Shown piece by piece: positions 48,496-58,952 of a stretch of DNA of 64,000 nt. Source of the stretch: an uncultured Pelagibacteraceae bacterium (lineage in GTDB: Bacteria > Pseudomonadota > Alphaproteobacteria > Pelagibacterales > Pelagibacteraceae); assembly GCA_902598655.1 (NCBI GenBank), contig CACKCQ010000002.1, positions 71,744 to 135,743 on the forward strand, read 5' to 3'. A model generated the notes under the pieces. The model was not told the DNA's origin. It worked only from the letters and a program-made list of their open reading frames with translations, and did no database searches. Both the position numbers and the translations under genes were made by a program. How positions within the stretch are numbered: position 1 is the stretch's first letter; every line of letters starts with the position of its first letter.

Positions 48496-49494
48496 ATGGC
48501 AACCGTTCCTTTAAGTTTAGAAGAAATTTTTCATTTAGCTAAAAAAACATTAATAGCTAACGGATGCGATGAAGAAACAGCAGATACTTTATCTACTTTA
48601 ATCAAAAATGCTGAAAGAGATGGATCATTATCTCATGGTCTATTTAGATTACCCGCTTATGTATCTGGTTTAAAAAGCGGAAAAATTAATGGTAAGGCTA
48701 GACCAGTGATTTCAAAATTAACCCCAAGTGTTGTTAAAGCAGATGGGAAAAATAGTCTTGCCCCAATGGTTTTAAAATATGGAATACCAGAACTCGTAAA
48801 AGCTGCAAAAGAAAATGGAGTTGCAGTTTTAGCAATTACTAATTCTCATCATATGGCTGCTATGTGGCCTGAGACTGAAGCAATAGCAGAGCAAGGACTT
48901 GTTGCTTTTGCCTGTACATCATATAAGCCAGCAGTTGCACCAGCAGGAGCAATTAAACCTTTATTTGGAACAAACCCAATTTCATTTGCTTGGCCAAGAA
49001 AAAATAAACCACCTGTAGTTTATGATATGGCTACTGCATCGATGGCCATGGGAGAGGTTCAAGTTGCAAAAAGAGAAGGGCACAAGGTCCCAATAGGAAC
49101 TGGTTTAACTAAAGATGGAAAAGAAACAACAGATCCTGGTGAAATAGCAGATGGTGGAGTTTTGTTGCCATTTGGCGGCTATAAAGGCTCAGGAATAGCA
49201 ATGATGGTCGAATTACTTGCTGGAGCCTTAGTTGGAGATAATTTTAGTTATGAGACGGCTGAGAAGGATACAGATGATGGTGGACCACCAAGTGGTGGAG
49301 AGTTTATTTTAGCTATATCTCCTGACAAATTAACAAATTCTGATTGGGATAGTCATTCAAATAAATTCTTTGAGAAAATGAAATCAATGGGAGAGGTTAG
49401 GTTGCCTGGTGAAAGACGTCACAAAAACAGATTAGATACTGGACCTAGAAATATTAATGAGGAACTTGTTAATAAAATAAAATCATTAAGTTAA
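48496..49494 (+). CDS. Ldh_2-family (malate/L-lactate/DpkA/ComC-like) NAD(P)-dependent oxidoreductase
   Basis: SHGLFRL, GTNPISFAWP, YDMAT and GGYKGSG motifs; substrate not assignable. Confidence 0.88.
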   Translation: MATVPLSLEEIFHLAKKTLIANGCDEETADTLSTLIKNAERDGSLSHGLFRLPAYVSGLKSGKINGKARPVISKLTPSVVKADGKNSLAPMVLKYGIPELVKAAKENGVAVLAITNSHHMAAMWPETEAIAEQGLVAFACTSYKPAVAPAGAIKPLFGTNPISFAWPRKNKPPVVYDMATASMAMGEVQVAKREGHKVPIGTGLTKDGKETTDPGEIADGGVLLPFGGYKGSGIAMMVELLAGALVGDNFSYETAEKDTDDGGPPSGGEFILAISPDKLTNSDWDSHSNKFFEKMKSMGEVRLPGERRHKNRLDTGPRNINEELVNKIKSLS

Positions 49495-50262
49495 TTCAAT
49501 TTCAATTGGTGTGTGATCTGAAGGTTTTTGTCTTCCACGAGGAAATTTGTTAATTTTAACATCTTTCACAAGATTTATAATTGAGTTTGAAACTAAGAAA
49601 TGATCAATTCTCATGCCATTATTTTTTTGCCATGCACCGCTTGTGTAATCCCAAAAAGTATATCCTTCTTTATCAGGGTGGATATATCTATATGCATCAT
49701 GAAAACCTAAACTTAATAATTCTCTTAATTTTTTTCTTATCTCAAGTCTAAATAATGCATCATTTTCATATCCTTTAGGATTATGAACATCTTCTGCAGA
49801 TGGAATTATATTAAAATCACCACCAATAATTATATTTTCTTTTTTTTTTAAATAATCTTTTAACTTCTTAATTAAACTTTCTAGCCAATATAATTTGTAA
49901 GTATATTTTTCTGTATCAACAGGATTTCCATTGGGTGTGTATATGTTTATTAATTTAATAGTTTTTGATTTATGTTTTAGATCTGCAGTAATAATTCTAG
50001 ATTGTTTATTTTTGTCTTTAAAAATATCTTTTTCAATTTTGTCTAATTTTTTTTTAGAAATTATCGCAACTCCATTATATGATTTTTGACCAAATACATA
50101 ATTCTGGTAATTTGATTTTTCAAAGTCTTCGTAAGGATAGTTTTCATCTTGAGCTTTGATCTCTTGCATCATTAAAATATCTGGTGAATATTTTTTTAAA
50201 TACTCTTTAATATTTTCAATTCTTGCTCTTACAGAGTTAACATTCCAGGAACTAATTATCAT
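49486..50262 (-). CDS. xth: Exodeoxyribonuclease III
   Basis: SWNVNS, QEIK, YNGVAI, GDFN, RIDH and SDH motifs; start reassigned to the ATG at 50262. Confidence 0.96.
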   Translation of the reverse strand: MIISSWNVNSVRARIENIKEYLKKYSPDILMMQEIKAQDENYPYEDFEKSNYQNYVFGQKSYNGVAIISKKKLDKIEKDIFKDKNKQSRIITADLKHKSKTIKLINIYTPNGNPVDTEKYTYKLYWLESLIKKLKDYLKKKENIIIGGDFNIIPSAEDVHNPKGYENDALFRLEIRKKLRELLSLGFHDAYRYIHPDKEGYTFWDYTSGAWQKNNGMRIDHFLVSNSIINLVKDVKINKFPRGRQKPSDHTPIEIELT

Positions 50263-50579
50263 TAAAGCGAGAAAGATACGCCACAACCACAAGAAGATTT
50301 GCTTTGCGGGTTGTTTATTTTAAAAGAATCTCCGATTAATTCTTTTACAAAATCAACTTCAGATCCTTTTAGTAAATCTGCCGATGTTTTGTCGATAAGA
50401 ATATTATCTTGTTGTAGATCATCATCCTTAGCAGAGTTATCAAATGAGAAATCATATTGAAATCCAGAACATCCACCACCTTTAATAGCGATTCTAAAAA
50501 ATGACCCTTTATCTTTTGATGAAAGAAGATGGTTTATCTGCTTTATAGCATTATCTGTAAATTTAATTTCTTTAATCAT
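50262..50579 (-). CDS. erpA: HesB/IscA-family Fe-S carrier (ErpA-like)
   Basis: GGGCSGFQY and CGCGVSF motifs; start reassigned to the ATG at 50579. Confidence 0.88.
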   Translation of the reverse strand: MIKEIKFTDNAIKQINHLLSSKDKGSFFRIAIKGGGCSGFQYDFSFDNSAKDDDLQQDNILIDKTSADLLKGSEVDFVKELIGDSFKINNPQSKSSCGCGVSFSL

Positions 50580-50629
50580 AATTAAACATTGATAAAAACA
50601 ATATAATAATATTTTGCCATTTTTAAAGA

Positions 50630-51748
50630 ATGAAAAATTACTCAAAATTAGGAACATTTGCTTCAAAAGGTAGACTGTTCAAAGAAGCGAGCAATCCTTT
50701 CAGATCACCTTTTCAAAGAGATAGAGATAGAATAATTCATTCTACCTCTTTTAGAAGATTGAAGCACAAAACTCAGGTATTTGTGAATACTGAAGGAGAT
50801 CATTATAGAACCAGAATCACACATTCCATTGAAGTTTCACAAATTGCTAGAACAATTTCTAAATATTTAGGTTTAAATGATGATTTAGCTGAAACATTAA
50901 GCTTAGCTCATGATTTAGGTCATACCCCTTTTGGTCATGCGGGAGAAGATTCCCTAAATGAATGTATGTATGAATATGGGGGATTTGACCACAATCTTCA
51001 AACACTTAGGATAGTAATGTTCATTGAAAATAAATATTTTAAATTTGAAGGTCTTAATTTAACTTTAGAAACATTAGATGGACTTATTAAACATAATGGT
51101 CCGGTAACAAAGCTAGTCAAAATAAATAATTTAATTGGTTTGAAAAATTTAAAAAATAAAATTAATTTTTCAAAAAACTCCTTACTGGAGGCTCAAATTG
51201 CATCTATATCCGATGACGTTGCATACAATAACCATGATATTCAAGATGGAATAAAAGCTAAATTATTTACTTTAAACGATCTTAAACAAATCTCTTTTTT
51301 TGATGAAATTTTAAAATCATATAAAAACAAATTAAAAAGTGAAAATAATGATATTCTCGTATATCAAACTATAAGAGACTCTATAAATTTAATGGTTCAA
51401 GACTTAATAAAAACAACGACAAGAAATATTTTAATAAATAAAATATCTACAAAAAAAGATGTATCAAATAAAAAAAATCAAATTGTTGATTTTTCCAACA
51501 AATTAAAAATAACTATAAATGAGATTAGAGATTTCCTTAGAATAACTATGTACAATAATAAAGATGTACTAAAAAAAAATAATGAAGGAAAAAAGATAAT
51601 TAAAAAGCTTTTTAGTGTAATTAACAAAAATCCAAAAAAATACATTAAAACTAAATATTTAAAAACTAACAAAGAAAGAGCTATATCTGATTATATTTCT
51701 GGTATGACCGATAGGTACGCCATACAATTATATAGAGCATCAAAATGA
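50630..51748 (+). CDS. dgt: Deoxyguanosinetriphosphate triphosphohydrolase
   Basis: RDRDRIIHS, KTQVF, HDLGHTPFGH and SGMTD motifs. Confidence 0.95.
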   Translation: MKNYSKLGTFASKGRLFKEASNPFRSPFQRDRDRIIHSTSFRRLKHKTQVFVNTEGDHYRTRITHSIEVSQIARTISKYLGLNDDLAETLSLAHDLGHTPFGHAGEDSLNECMYEYGGFDHNLQTLRIVMFIENKYFKFEGLNLTLETLDGLIKHNGPVTKLVKINNLIGLKNLKNKINFSKNSLLEAQIASISDDVAYNNHDIQDGIKAKLFTLNDLKQISFFDEILKSYKNKLKSENNDILVYQTIRDSINLMVQDLIKTTTRNILINKISTKKDVSNKKNQIVDFSNKLKITINEIRDFLRITMYNNKDVLKKNNEGKKIIKKLFSVINKNPKKYIKTKYLKTNKERAISDYISGMTDRYAIQLYRASK

Positions 51749-53475
51749 ATATATTTGAGGAATACTTAAATAAAATTTTAGATAAAATTAAATTAGCAAG
51801 TGAAGAAAAGCTAATTTTATTACCTGAAAGTTTATCTGGTATAAACGTAGACATACCTCCTAAAAAATTTAAGTGCGATCTGTCAACTAATGTTGCAATG
51901 GTTTTATCTAAAACAAATAATGAACCACCAATTAAAATTGCTGAAAAATTGAAAGATATTATTTTTAAAGACGATAATAATATTGAGAAGATAGAAATAG
52001 CAAAGCCTGGATTTATAAATATTATTTTAAAAAAAGAGTTTTGGACTTCATTTCTTTTAAATATAAATAATCTTAATAATTTTGGCGCAGCACTTAATGG
52101 CTCTAAAAAGAAACATTTAATTGAATTTGTGTCTGCAAATCCCACTGGACCATTACACGTTGGTCATTGTAGAGGTGCTATTCTAGGTGATGTTATTTCT
52201 AATTTGTTAAAATTTAACAATCAAGAAGTTGTAAAAGAATATTATGTAAATGATCATGGTAATCAAATTTTACATTTTACTAGATCTGTATATTTGAGAA
52301 TAAAAGAAAAATTAGATAATCAAACCTTTCCACTAAATGAGGATGACTTATATCCAGGTGAATACATCAAGGATATAGCCCAACATATTATAGATAATAA
52401 TAAAGATTTACAATTTGATGATTATGAAAAAATAAAGTTAACACTTACTAAATTAGCAATTACAGAGTCACTTAAACTCATTAAGACCAATTTAAATAAT
52501 TTGGGAATTATTCATGATAATTTTGCGAGTGAGACTGAAATAGTTGAAAATAAAGAGGTTGATAAGGTTATTGAGAAACTTAAAAAAGATAAATTTGTAT
52601 ATATAGGAAAAATCAAAGCTCCCGAAGGAGAAGACACAACTAATTGGATAGAAAGAGATCAGTTACTTTTTAGATCAACAGATTTTGGGGATGATAAAGA
52701 TAGAGCATTACAAAAATCTGACAACACATGGACTTATTTTGCTGGAGATGTTGCGTATCATAATACAAAACTAAACAGAAATTTTGATAAATTAATAAAT
52801 ATTTTAGGAGCGGATCATGCGGGTTATATAAAAAGAATTACATCTGTTGTTGAAGCATTATCTGGAGAAAAAAATAAATTAATTTGTAAAGTAAGCCAAC
52901 TTGTTAAGTTAATAAAAGATGGCAAACCTTTTAAAATGTCTAAAAGAAAAGGTGATTACATTACCGTTGAAGATTTAATTTCTGAGGTTGGAAAAGATGC
53001 AACAAGATTTATTATGCTAAGTAGAAGCAATGATGCAGAATTAGATTTTGATTTTACAAAAGTAAAAGAAAAATCTAAAGACAATCCGCTTTATTATGTT
53101 CAATATTGTTATGCTAGAATTTCATCAGTTTTTAGAAATATAAATAAAAATATTGATGACAAGATTGATAATGAAAATAACAATATGCAATTTAATAATG
53201 AAGAAATTGAAATTTTTAAAAAAATATCTGAATGGCCTAAATGTGTAGAAGTTTCCACTAAAAAACTAGAACCTCATAGGATCCCTGTATATTTATATGA
53301 GTTATCATCACAGTTTCATTCATATTGGAATATGGGAAAAGATGATGTTGAAAAAAGATTTATCAATAATGATAAAACAATAAATATAGAAAAACTAATA
53401 TTTTTAAAATCTATTGCCAAAACAATTAAAACTGGAATGGATATTATAGGTGTTGATACACCTGAAAAAATGTAA
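51745..53475 (+). CDS. argS: Arginine--tRNA ligase
   Basis: SANPTGPLHVGH, GADH, KMSKR and YVQY..ARI motifs. Confidence 0.98.
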   Translation: MNIFEEYLNKILDKIKLASEEKLILLPESLSGINVDIPPKKFKCDLSTNVAMVLSKTNNEPPIKIAEKLKDIIFKDDNNIEKIEIAKPGFINIILKKEFWTSFLLNINNLNNFGAALNGSKKKHLIEFVSANPTGPLHVGHCRGAILGDVISNLLKFNNQEVVKEYYVNDHGNQILHFTRSVYLRIKEKLDNQTFPLNEDDLYPGEYIKDIAQHIIDNNKDLQFDDYEKIKLTLTKLAITESLKLIKTNLNNLGIIHDNFASETEIVENKEVDKVIEKLKKDKFVYIGKIKAPEGEDTTNWIERDQLLFRSTDFGDDKDRALQKSDNTWTYFAGDVAYHNTKLNRNFDKLINILGADHAGYIKRITSVVEALSGEKNKLICKVSQLVKLIKDGKPFKMSKRKGDYITVEDLISEVGKDATRFIMLSRSNDAELDFDFTKVKEKSKDNPLYYVQYCYARISSVFRNINKNIDDKIDNENNNMQFNNEEIEIFKKISEWPKCVEVSTKKLEPHRIPVYLYELSSQFHSYWNMGKDDVEKRFINNDKTINIEKLIFLKSIAKTIKTGMDIIGVDTPEKM

Positions 53476-53732
53476 TGCTAAAAGAGCTCAAATATCTATT
53501 TTATTTAATAATTATATTTTTCTTTCTATTCTTTACTCTAAGATATTATTTTTCAAACGACAATTACAAGAAATCTTATAGAGCAGTTTCAAGTATTGAT
53601 GAAAAAATCTCCTCTAACGAAAATAATCTATTTATTCTTAAAAATGACACGGACAACATTATTGAATATGTAGAATACAAAAATAAAAACACAAAAAAAT
53701 ATTCTTTTTGGGAATTGTTATATAATGATTAA
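53475..53732 (+). CDS. Small bitopic membrane protein (85 aa) at the usual SPOR/FtsN-like locus
   Basis: N-terminal TM; translationally coupled between argS and nagZ. Confidence 0.75.
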   Translation: MLKELKYLFYLIIIFFFLFFTLRYYFSNDNYKKSYRAVSSIDEKISSNENNLFILKNDTDNIIEYVEYKNKNTKKYSFWELLYND

Positions 53733-54675
53733 AAGAACTAGAGCTTTTATATGTGGCATTAGTGGACATAATTTAAAAAAAAGTGAAGTAAGTTTTTTAA
53801 AAAAATATAAGCCATGGGGAATAATCCTTTTTTCAAGAAATATAAAATCAATCAATCAAGTTCAAAAATTAACTAGTTCGATTAAAAAAATATTTAAAAA
53901 CTCTAATTATCCAATTTTAATTGATGAAGAAGGTGGAAGAGTAAGTAGATTAAGAAAATTCATAGATAATTCCATTTTTAGTGCAAAATATTTTGGTGAT
54001 TTATATTCAAAAGATAGAAAAAAATTTGATATTTATTTCAATGTTTATGTTAAGCAAATATCCTATTTGTTAAGACTTATTGGTATTAATATTAATACAG
54101 TTCCCGTATTGGATTTAAGACGAAATAAGTCTCATAAAATTATAGGTGATCGATCCTATTCAAATGATAAAAAAACTCTGTCTAAAATTGGCGATATATC
54201 TATCGAAAAATTTCATGAAAATAGGGTTGGTACAGTAATTAAACATCTTCCAGGTCATGGTTTAGCTAAAGTTGATAGTCATTATAAATTACCAATTATA
54301 GACAAAGATCTAAAGTATCTTAAAAAATATGATTTTTTTCCATTTACCAAAAAAAAATCTGTTTTAGGTATGACCGGTCACTTGTTGTTTAAGAAACTTG
54401 ATCCGATAAATAACGTTTCACATTCTAAAAAAATCATAAAAATGATTAGAAGAGAAATATCATTCAAGGGAATATTAATGTCAGATGATATTTCTATGGG
54501 TGCTCTTAAAGGTAATTTAAAAAATAACGTTATTAAATCTTTTCGTGCAGGTTGTAATTTGGTGCTTCATTGCAATGGAAAAATGAGAGAAATGAATGTG
54601 GTAGGTCAAAATTCACCTTATATCGATGATTTTATTGTAAAAAAAACTTCTAAATTAATTCAAATAATAAGTTAA
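53725..54675 (+). CDS. nagZ: Beta-N-acetylhexosaminidase (GH3)
   Basis: IDEEGGRVSRL, KHLPGHG..VDSH and SDDISM motifs. Confidence 0.95.
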   Translation: MIKRTRAFICGISGHNLKKSEVSFLKKYKPWGIILFSRNIKSINQVQKLTSSIKKIFKNSNYPILIDEEGGRVSRLRKFIDNSIFSAKYFGDLYSKDRKKFDIYFNVYVKQISYLLRLIGININTVPVLDLRRNKSHKIIGDRSYSNDKKTLSKIGDISIEKFHENRVGTVIKHLPGHGLAKVDSHYKLPIIDKDLKYLKKYDFFPFTKKKSVLGMTGHLLFKKLDPINNVSHSKKIIKMIRREISFKGILMSDDISMGALKGNLKNNVIKSFRAGCNLVLHCNGKMREMNVVGQNSPYIDDFIVKKTSKLIQIIS

Positions 54676-54685
54676 ATTTAAATCC

Positions 54686-55417
54686 ATGAGTGATTCTTTA
54701 GAATTTAATGTTGATCTTAGTAATTACTCTGGATCATTAGAAATACTTTTAGATTTAGCAAAATCACAAAAAGTTGACTTGGAAAATATATCAATCACCA
54801 AATTAGCAGATCAATTTCATGATTTTATAACAAAAACTGAAAATTTAAATTTAGAATTAGCCTCAGAATATTTGCTAATGGCTACTTGGTTAACTTATCT
54901 TAAATCTAAACTACTATTACCAGAAACAGAAGAAGAGGAATTTAAAGCTCTTGAAGTAGCAGAGAAATTAAAGCTTCAACTTAAAAAACTAGAATTAATA
55001 AGATTATTGTCTTCTCAGATGTTGAGCAGAAAAAGATTAGGCAAAGATATTTTTATGAGAGGTTCAAAAAGTGGAATGAGATCAATTTATAATTCTCAAT
55101 ATTCATTAACATTGTTTGAATTATTAAAAACGTATTCAAATATCGTAATGACAAAAGATTTTCAGAGAATGAATATTCCAAAACTCCCAGTATTTACTAC
55201 TGAAGAAGGTATTAAAGTTATAAAGGAGTTTTACAATAATTTAAATGATTGGAAAAATATGACTGATCTAATACCAAAAAATTTTAGAAATTCTAAAACT
55301 TTAAGTAAGACAGGTAATGCAGGAATTTTTGCTGGATCTTTAGAGCTTGCAAAAGAAGGCAATATATCTATTAAACAAGATAATTTATTTGAGGATATAT
55401 ATATTAAAAAAATCTAA
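54686..55417 (+). CDS. scpA: Segregation and condensation protein A
   Basis: YLLMATWLTYLKSKLLLP and LELAKEG motifs. Confidence 0.93.
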   Translation: MSDSLEFNVDLSNYSGSLEILLDLAKSQKVDLENISITKLADQFHDFITKTENLNLELASEYLLMATWLTYLKSKLLLPETEEEEFKALEVAEKLKLQLKKLELIRLLSSQMLSRKRLGKDIFMRGSKSGMRSIYNSQYSLTLFELLKTYSNIVMTKDFQRMNIPKLPVFTTEEGIKVIKEFYNNLNDWKNMTDLIPKNFRNSKTLSKTGNAGIFAGSLELAKEGNISIKQDNLFEDIYIKKI

Positions 55418-56109
55418 TGAATAAATTAAAAAAAAATAATGTTGTATCATTTCCATCTAAATTAAGTGATGTTGATAAAGAAATAGAAGCTATTGTTTTT
55501 GCAGCAGCAGAGCCTTTAAATATTGAAACTATTGAAAATAAAATTTCAAAAAAGACAGATGTTGAAAAATCTTTACTAAAACTTCAGAATTTTTACTCTG
55601 ATCGTGGAATAAATTTAGTCTGTATATCCAATAAGTGGTCTTTTAGAACTTCACCAAATTTATCCTCATTAATGTCTCAACAAAAAACTGTTGAAAAAAA
55701 ATTATCAAAGGCTGCGATAGAAACACTTGCAATTATTGTCTATCATCAACCAGTCACTAGAGCTGAAATAGAAGAAATTCGTGGAGTAGCGTTTGGAAAT
55801 AATACACTTGAGATATTGATGGAATTGAACTGGGTTAGACCTCAAGGTCGAAAAGATGCCCCTGGTAAACCTATTCAATATGGAACAACAGATGACTTTT
55901 TAAGTCATTTCAATCTCCAAAAATTGTCAGATCTTCCAACCGTTGATGAATTAGGAACCGCAGGTCTTATTGATACATCTAGTGTAGATGCATCTATATT
56001 TGGAACAGGCAAATTCTATAAAGAAAAACAAGAGGATAAAAAGGAAAATATATACTCTGATATAGATGAGATGCTTAATAGCACTCTTAATACTGATAAC
56101 GATAAATAA
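55417..56109 (+). CDS. scpB: Segregation and condensation protein B
   Basis: ETLAIIVYHQPVTRAEIEEIRGV and YGTT..FL..F motifs. Confidence 0.96.
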   Translation: MNKLKKNNVVSFPSKLSDVDKEIEAIVFAAAEPLNIETIENKISKKTDVEKSLLKLQNFYSDRGINLVCISNKWSFRTSPNLSSLMSQQKTVEKKLSKAAIETLAIIVYHQPVTRAEIEEIRGVAFGNNTLEILMELNWVRPQGRKDAPGKPIQYGTTDDFLSHFNLQKLSDLPTVDELGTAGLIDTSSVDASIFGTGKFYKEKQEDKKENIYSDIDEMLNSTLNTDNDK

Positions 56110-56151
56110 AAAAATAGTTTTAAAACTAAAATTATAAGGTTATAAGTAATC

Positions 56152-56349
56152 ATGAGTATAGGATTTTGGCAAATTGCAATTGTAGTAATTTTAGTAGTAT
56201 TACTTTTTGGTAGAGGTAAAATCTCTAGTTTAATGGGTGATGTTGCTAAAGGAATTAAAAGTTTTAAAAAAGGTATGGCTACAGATGCTACAGAAGATAG
56301 CCAACCAAAAAATATATCTGAAAATCAAGACTCAGACAAAAAAGAGTAA
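56152..56349 (+). CDS. tatA: Twin-arginine translocase TatA
   Basis: TM-FG-amphipathic helix, GIKSFKKG. Confidence 0.95.
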   Translation: MSIGFWQIAIVVILVVLLFGRGKISSLMGDVAKGIKSFKKGMATDATEDSQPKNISENQDSDKKE

Positions 56350-56352
56350 TCA

Positions 56353-56589
56353 ATGCCACAGATCGGCTGGTTTGAAATATTAATAATAGTATCTATTGCA
56401 ATAATAGTTGTAGGACCAAAAGACTTTCCTGTGATGTTAAAAAAAGTTGGATCATGGATAGGTTCTGCTAAGAGATATTTTTCAGATGTTCAAAATCAAG
56501 TTACAGAAATAACGGATGTTTCAATTAAAGAAGAATTAAAAAAAAATACTGAAATTATGAAAGAGGATAAACCTAAAGATGACAGCTAA
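56353..56589 (+). CDS. tatB: Twin-arginine translocase TatB
   Basis: GWFE...VVGPKDFP motif. Confidence 0.93.
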   Translation: MPQIGWFEILIIVSIAIIVVGPKDFPVMLKKVGSWIGSAKRYFSDVQNQVTEITDVSIKEELKKNTEIMKEDKPKDDS

Positions 56590-57352
56590 AAAAAAAGAAA
56601 CAGGCTTTATAAGTCATCTTACTGAATTAAGACAAAGACTAATAAATTCATTTATCTTCTTAGCAGTATTATTTGTAGTTTGTTACTATTTTTCTGAATA
56701 CATATATGGATTTTTAGTTGAACCTTACGCTAATGCTGTAAAGGATGATAATGTTGATAGAAGATTAATTTTTACTGCTCTTCAAGAAACATTTTTAACA
56801 TATCTTAAAGTTTCTTTTTTTGCTGCTTTCTTTGTGACCAGTCCATATATCCTTATTCAAATTTGGAAATTTATTGCACCAGGATTATACACCCATGAAA
56901 AGAAAGCAATTATGCCTTACTTAGTAATTACACCAATACTTTTTTTACTAGGAGGTATGCTTGTTTATTATCTAATTATGCCACTAGCATTTAAATTCTT
57001 TTTATCATTTGAAAGTGCAGGACTTGGGACTGGCTTACCGATTCAATTAGAAGCTAAAGTTAATGAATACTTATCTCTTGTGATGAAGTTAATTTTTGCA
57101 TTTGGATTAAGTTTTCAGCTACCAGTTGTATTAAGTTTGCTTGCAAGAATAGGAGTTGTAAATTCAACTTATTTAAGAGAAAGAAGAAAATATTTTGTTG
57201 TAATAATATTTGCTGCTGCTGCAATATTAACTCCACCAGATCCAATTACACAAATAGGTTTAGCAATACCTTTGTTAATTTTATATGAATTATCAATTTT
57301 TTCTGTAAATATTATCGAAAAGAAAGCTCAAGAGAGAAATGCACAATATTAA
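56579..57352 (+). CDS. tatC: Twin-arginine translocase TatC
   Basis: HLTELR, FIAPGLY..EK and TPPD motifs. Confidence 0.97.
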   Translation: MTAKKKETGFISHLTELRQRLINSFIFLAVLFVVCYYFSEYIYGFLVEPYANAVKDDNVDRRLIFTALQETFLTYLKVSFFAAFFVTSPYILIQIWKFIAPGLYTHEKKAIMPYLVITPILFLLGGMLVYYLIMPLAFKFFLSFESAGLGTGLPIQLEAKVNEYLSLVMKLIFAFGLSFQLPVVLSLLARIGVVNSTYLRERRKYFVVIIFAAAAILTPPDPITQIGLAIPLLILYELSIFSVNIIEKKAQERNAQY

Positions 57353-58598
57353 GGATATTAGAAAAGATATCGATAATTTTAAAAATACAATTAAAAATCG
57401 AAACGTTGATGTAGACTTTGACCAAATATTAAATCTTGATGAAGAAAATAGAAAATTAATTCAAGAAAAAGAAAAATTAGAAATGGAAAAAAAATCTATT
57501 TCTAAATCTAAAGATGAAACCCTTTTTGAAAAGTCAAAAGAAATTTCAAATAAAATAGATGATTTAAGTAAAAATCAAAAAAATGTTAAAGACCAACTTG
57601 ATCAGATATTAAGTAATATTCCTAATTTACCATTGAATGATGTCCCTGTAGGTAAGGATGAAAATAGTAATAAAGAGGTTGTAAAATCTGGTAAAATTAA
57701 AGAAATGAGTTTTAAACCAAAATCTCATTATGAAATTGGTGAAAAACTGAATATGTTAGATTTTGATTTAGCAACAAAAACAACTGGATCAAGATTTGTT
57801 TTTGTTAAAGACAAATTAGCATCATTAGAAAGAGCAATTTCTAATTTTATGATTGATACACATGTAAATAATAATGGCTACACTGAAATCTCTCCACCTT
57901 TAATGGCTACAGACAACACTATGTTTGGAACTGGCCAATTGCCCAAATTTGAAAATGATCAATTCGAAATTAAGTTTGATGATAAAAATGATAGAAAGTT
58001 TTTAATCCCTACTGCTGAAGTGATCTTAACTAATATGGTTAAAAATCAGATATTAAATCTAAAATCTTTGCCAATGAGATTAGTTGCATCAACACCTTGT
58101 TTTAGAAAAGAAGCAGGAAGTTATGGTAAAGATACAAAGGGCATGATTAGACAACATCAATTTTATAAAGTTGAATTAGTCAGTATTGTAGAAAATAATA
58201 AATGCATTGATGAATTAGAGAGAATGACTAATTGTGCAACTAAAATTTTAGATGATTTGCAATTACCTTACAGAAAAATTATTTTAAGCACTGGTGATAT
58301 GGGTTTTAGTGCAGAAAAAACTTATGACATAGAGGTTTGGCTTCCATCTGAAAATAAATATAGAGAAATATCAAGCTGTTCTTCATGTGGAACATTTCAG
58401 GCTAAAAGAATGAAAGCTAGATATAAAAATAATAAAAACGAAAATGAATTTGTTGGTACTTTAAATGGGAGCGGACTTGCCGTTGGTAGAACTTTAATTG
58501 CGATATTAGAAAATTATCAAACTGAGGATGGTTCAATAACTATTCCTGAAAAACTAAGACCATATATGAACAATATGGAGAAAATAGGTATCAATTAA
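57339..58598 (+). CDS. serS: Serine--tRNA ligase
   Basis: LIPTAEV, FRKEAGS, REISSCS and TLNGSGLAVGR motifs. Confidence 0.98.
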   Translation: MHNIKDIRKDIDNFKNTIKNRNVDVDFDQILNLDEENRKLIQEKEKLEMEKKSISKSKDETLFEKSKEISNKIDDLSKNQKNVKDQLDQILSNIPNLPLNDVPVGKDENSNKEVVKSGKIKEMSFKPKSHYEIGEKLNMLDFDLATKTTGSRFVFVKDKLASLERAISNFMIDTHVNNNGYTEISPPLMATDNTMFGTGQLPKFENDQFEIKFDDKNDRKFLIPTAEVILTNMVKNQILNLKSLPMRLVASTPCFRKEAGSYGKDTKGMIRQHQFYKVELVSIVENNKCIDELERMTNCATKILDDLQLPYRKIILSTGDMGFSAEKTYDIEVWLPSENKYREISSCSSCGTFQAKRMKARYKNNKNENEFVGTLNGSGLAVGRTLIAILENYQTEDGSITIPEKLRPYMNNMEKIGIN

Positions 58599-58655
58599 GA
58601 GTTGTCTTCTAAAAGTATATAGTATAAATAATCGTTAACTTTTTAAGGACTTAAC

Positions 58656-58940
58656 ATGGACGCAGGAATTGGACAATTTATACCCCTAATTTTAATATTC
58701 GTAATATTTTACTTTTTCTTAATTAGACCCCAGCAAAAGAAAGTTAAAGAACATAAGGCTATGGTTGAAGCTTTAAAGCGTGGAGATAAAGTTATTACTT
58801 CTGGGGGTATCGTTGGCACTGTAGAACGAGTTATCGATAATGAAAAAGTAGAAGTTATGATAGCTGATAATGTTAAAGTTGAAATTGTTCGAGCTACAGG
58901 AATACAAGGACTAGTTACTAAAGCTGAACCAAAAAAATAA
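58656..58940 (+). CDS. yajC: Preprotein translocase subunit YajC
   Basis: FYFFLIRPQQK and GDKVITSGG motifs. Confidence 0.96.
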   Translation: MDAGIGQFIPLILIFVIFYFFLIRPQQKKVKEHKAMVEALKRGDKVITSGGIVGTVERVIDNEKVEVMIADNVKVEIVRATGIQGLVTKAEPKK

Positions 58941-58952
58941 TAACTTCCTAAA

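Noticed and set aside
50630-51748. dGTPase as an anti-phage defence gene
   Set aside because: It sits in the conserved erpA/xth-dgt-argS housekeeping context, not in a defence island.
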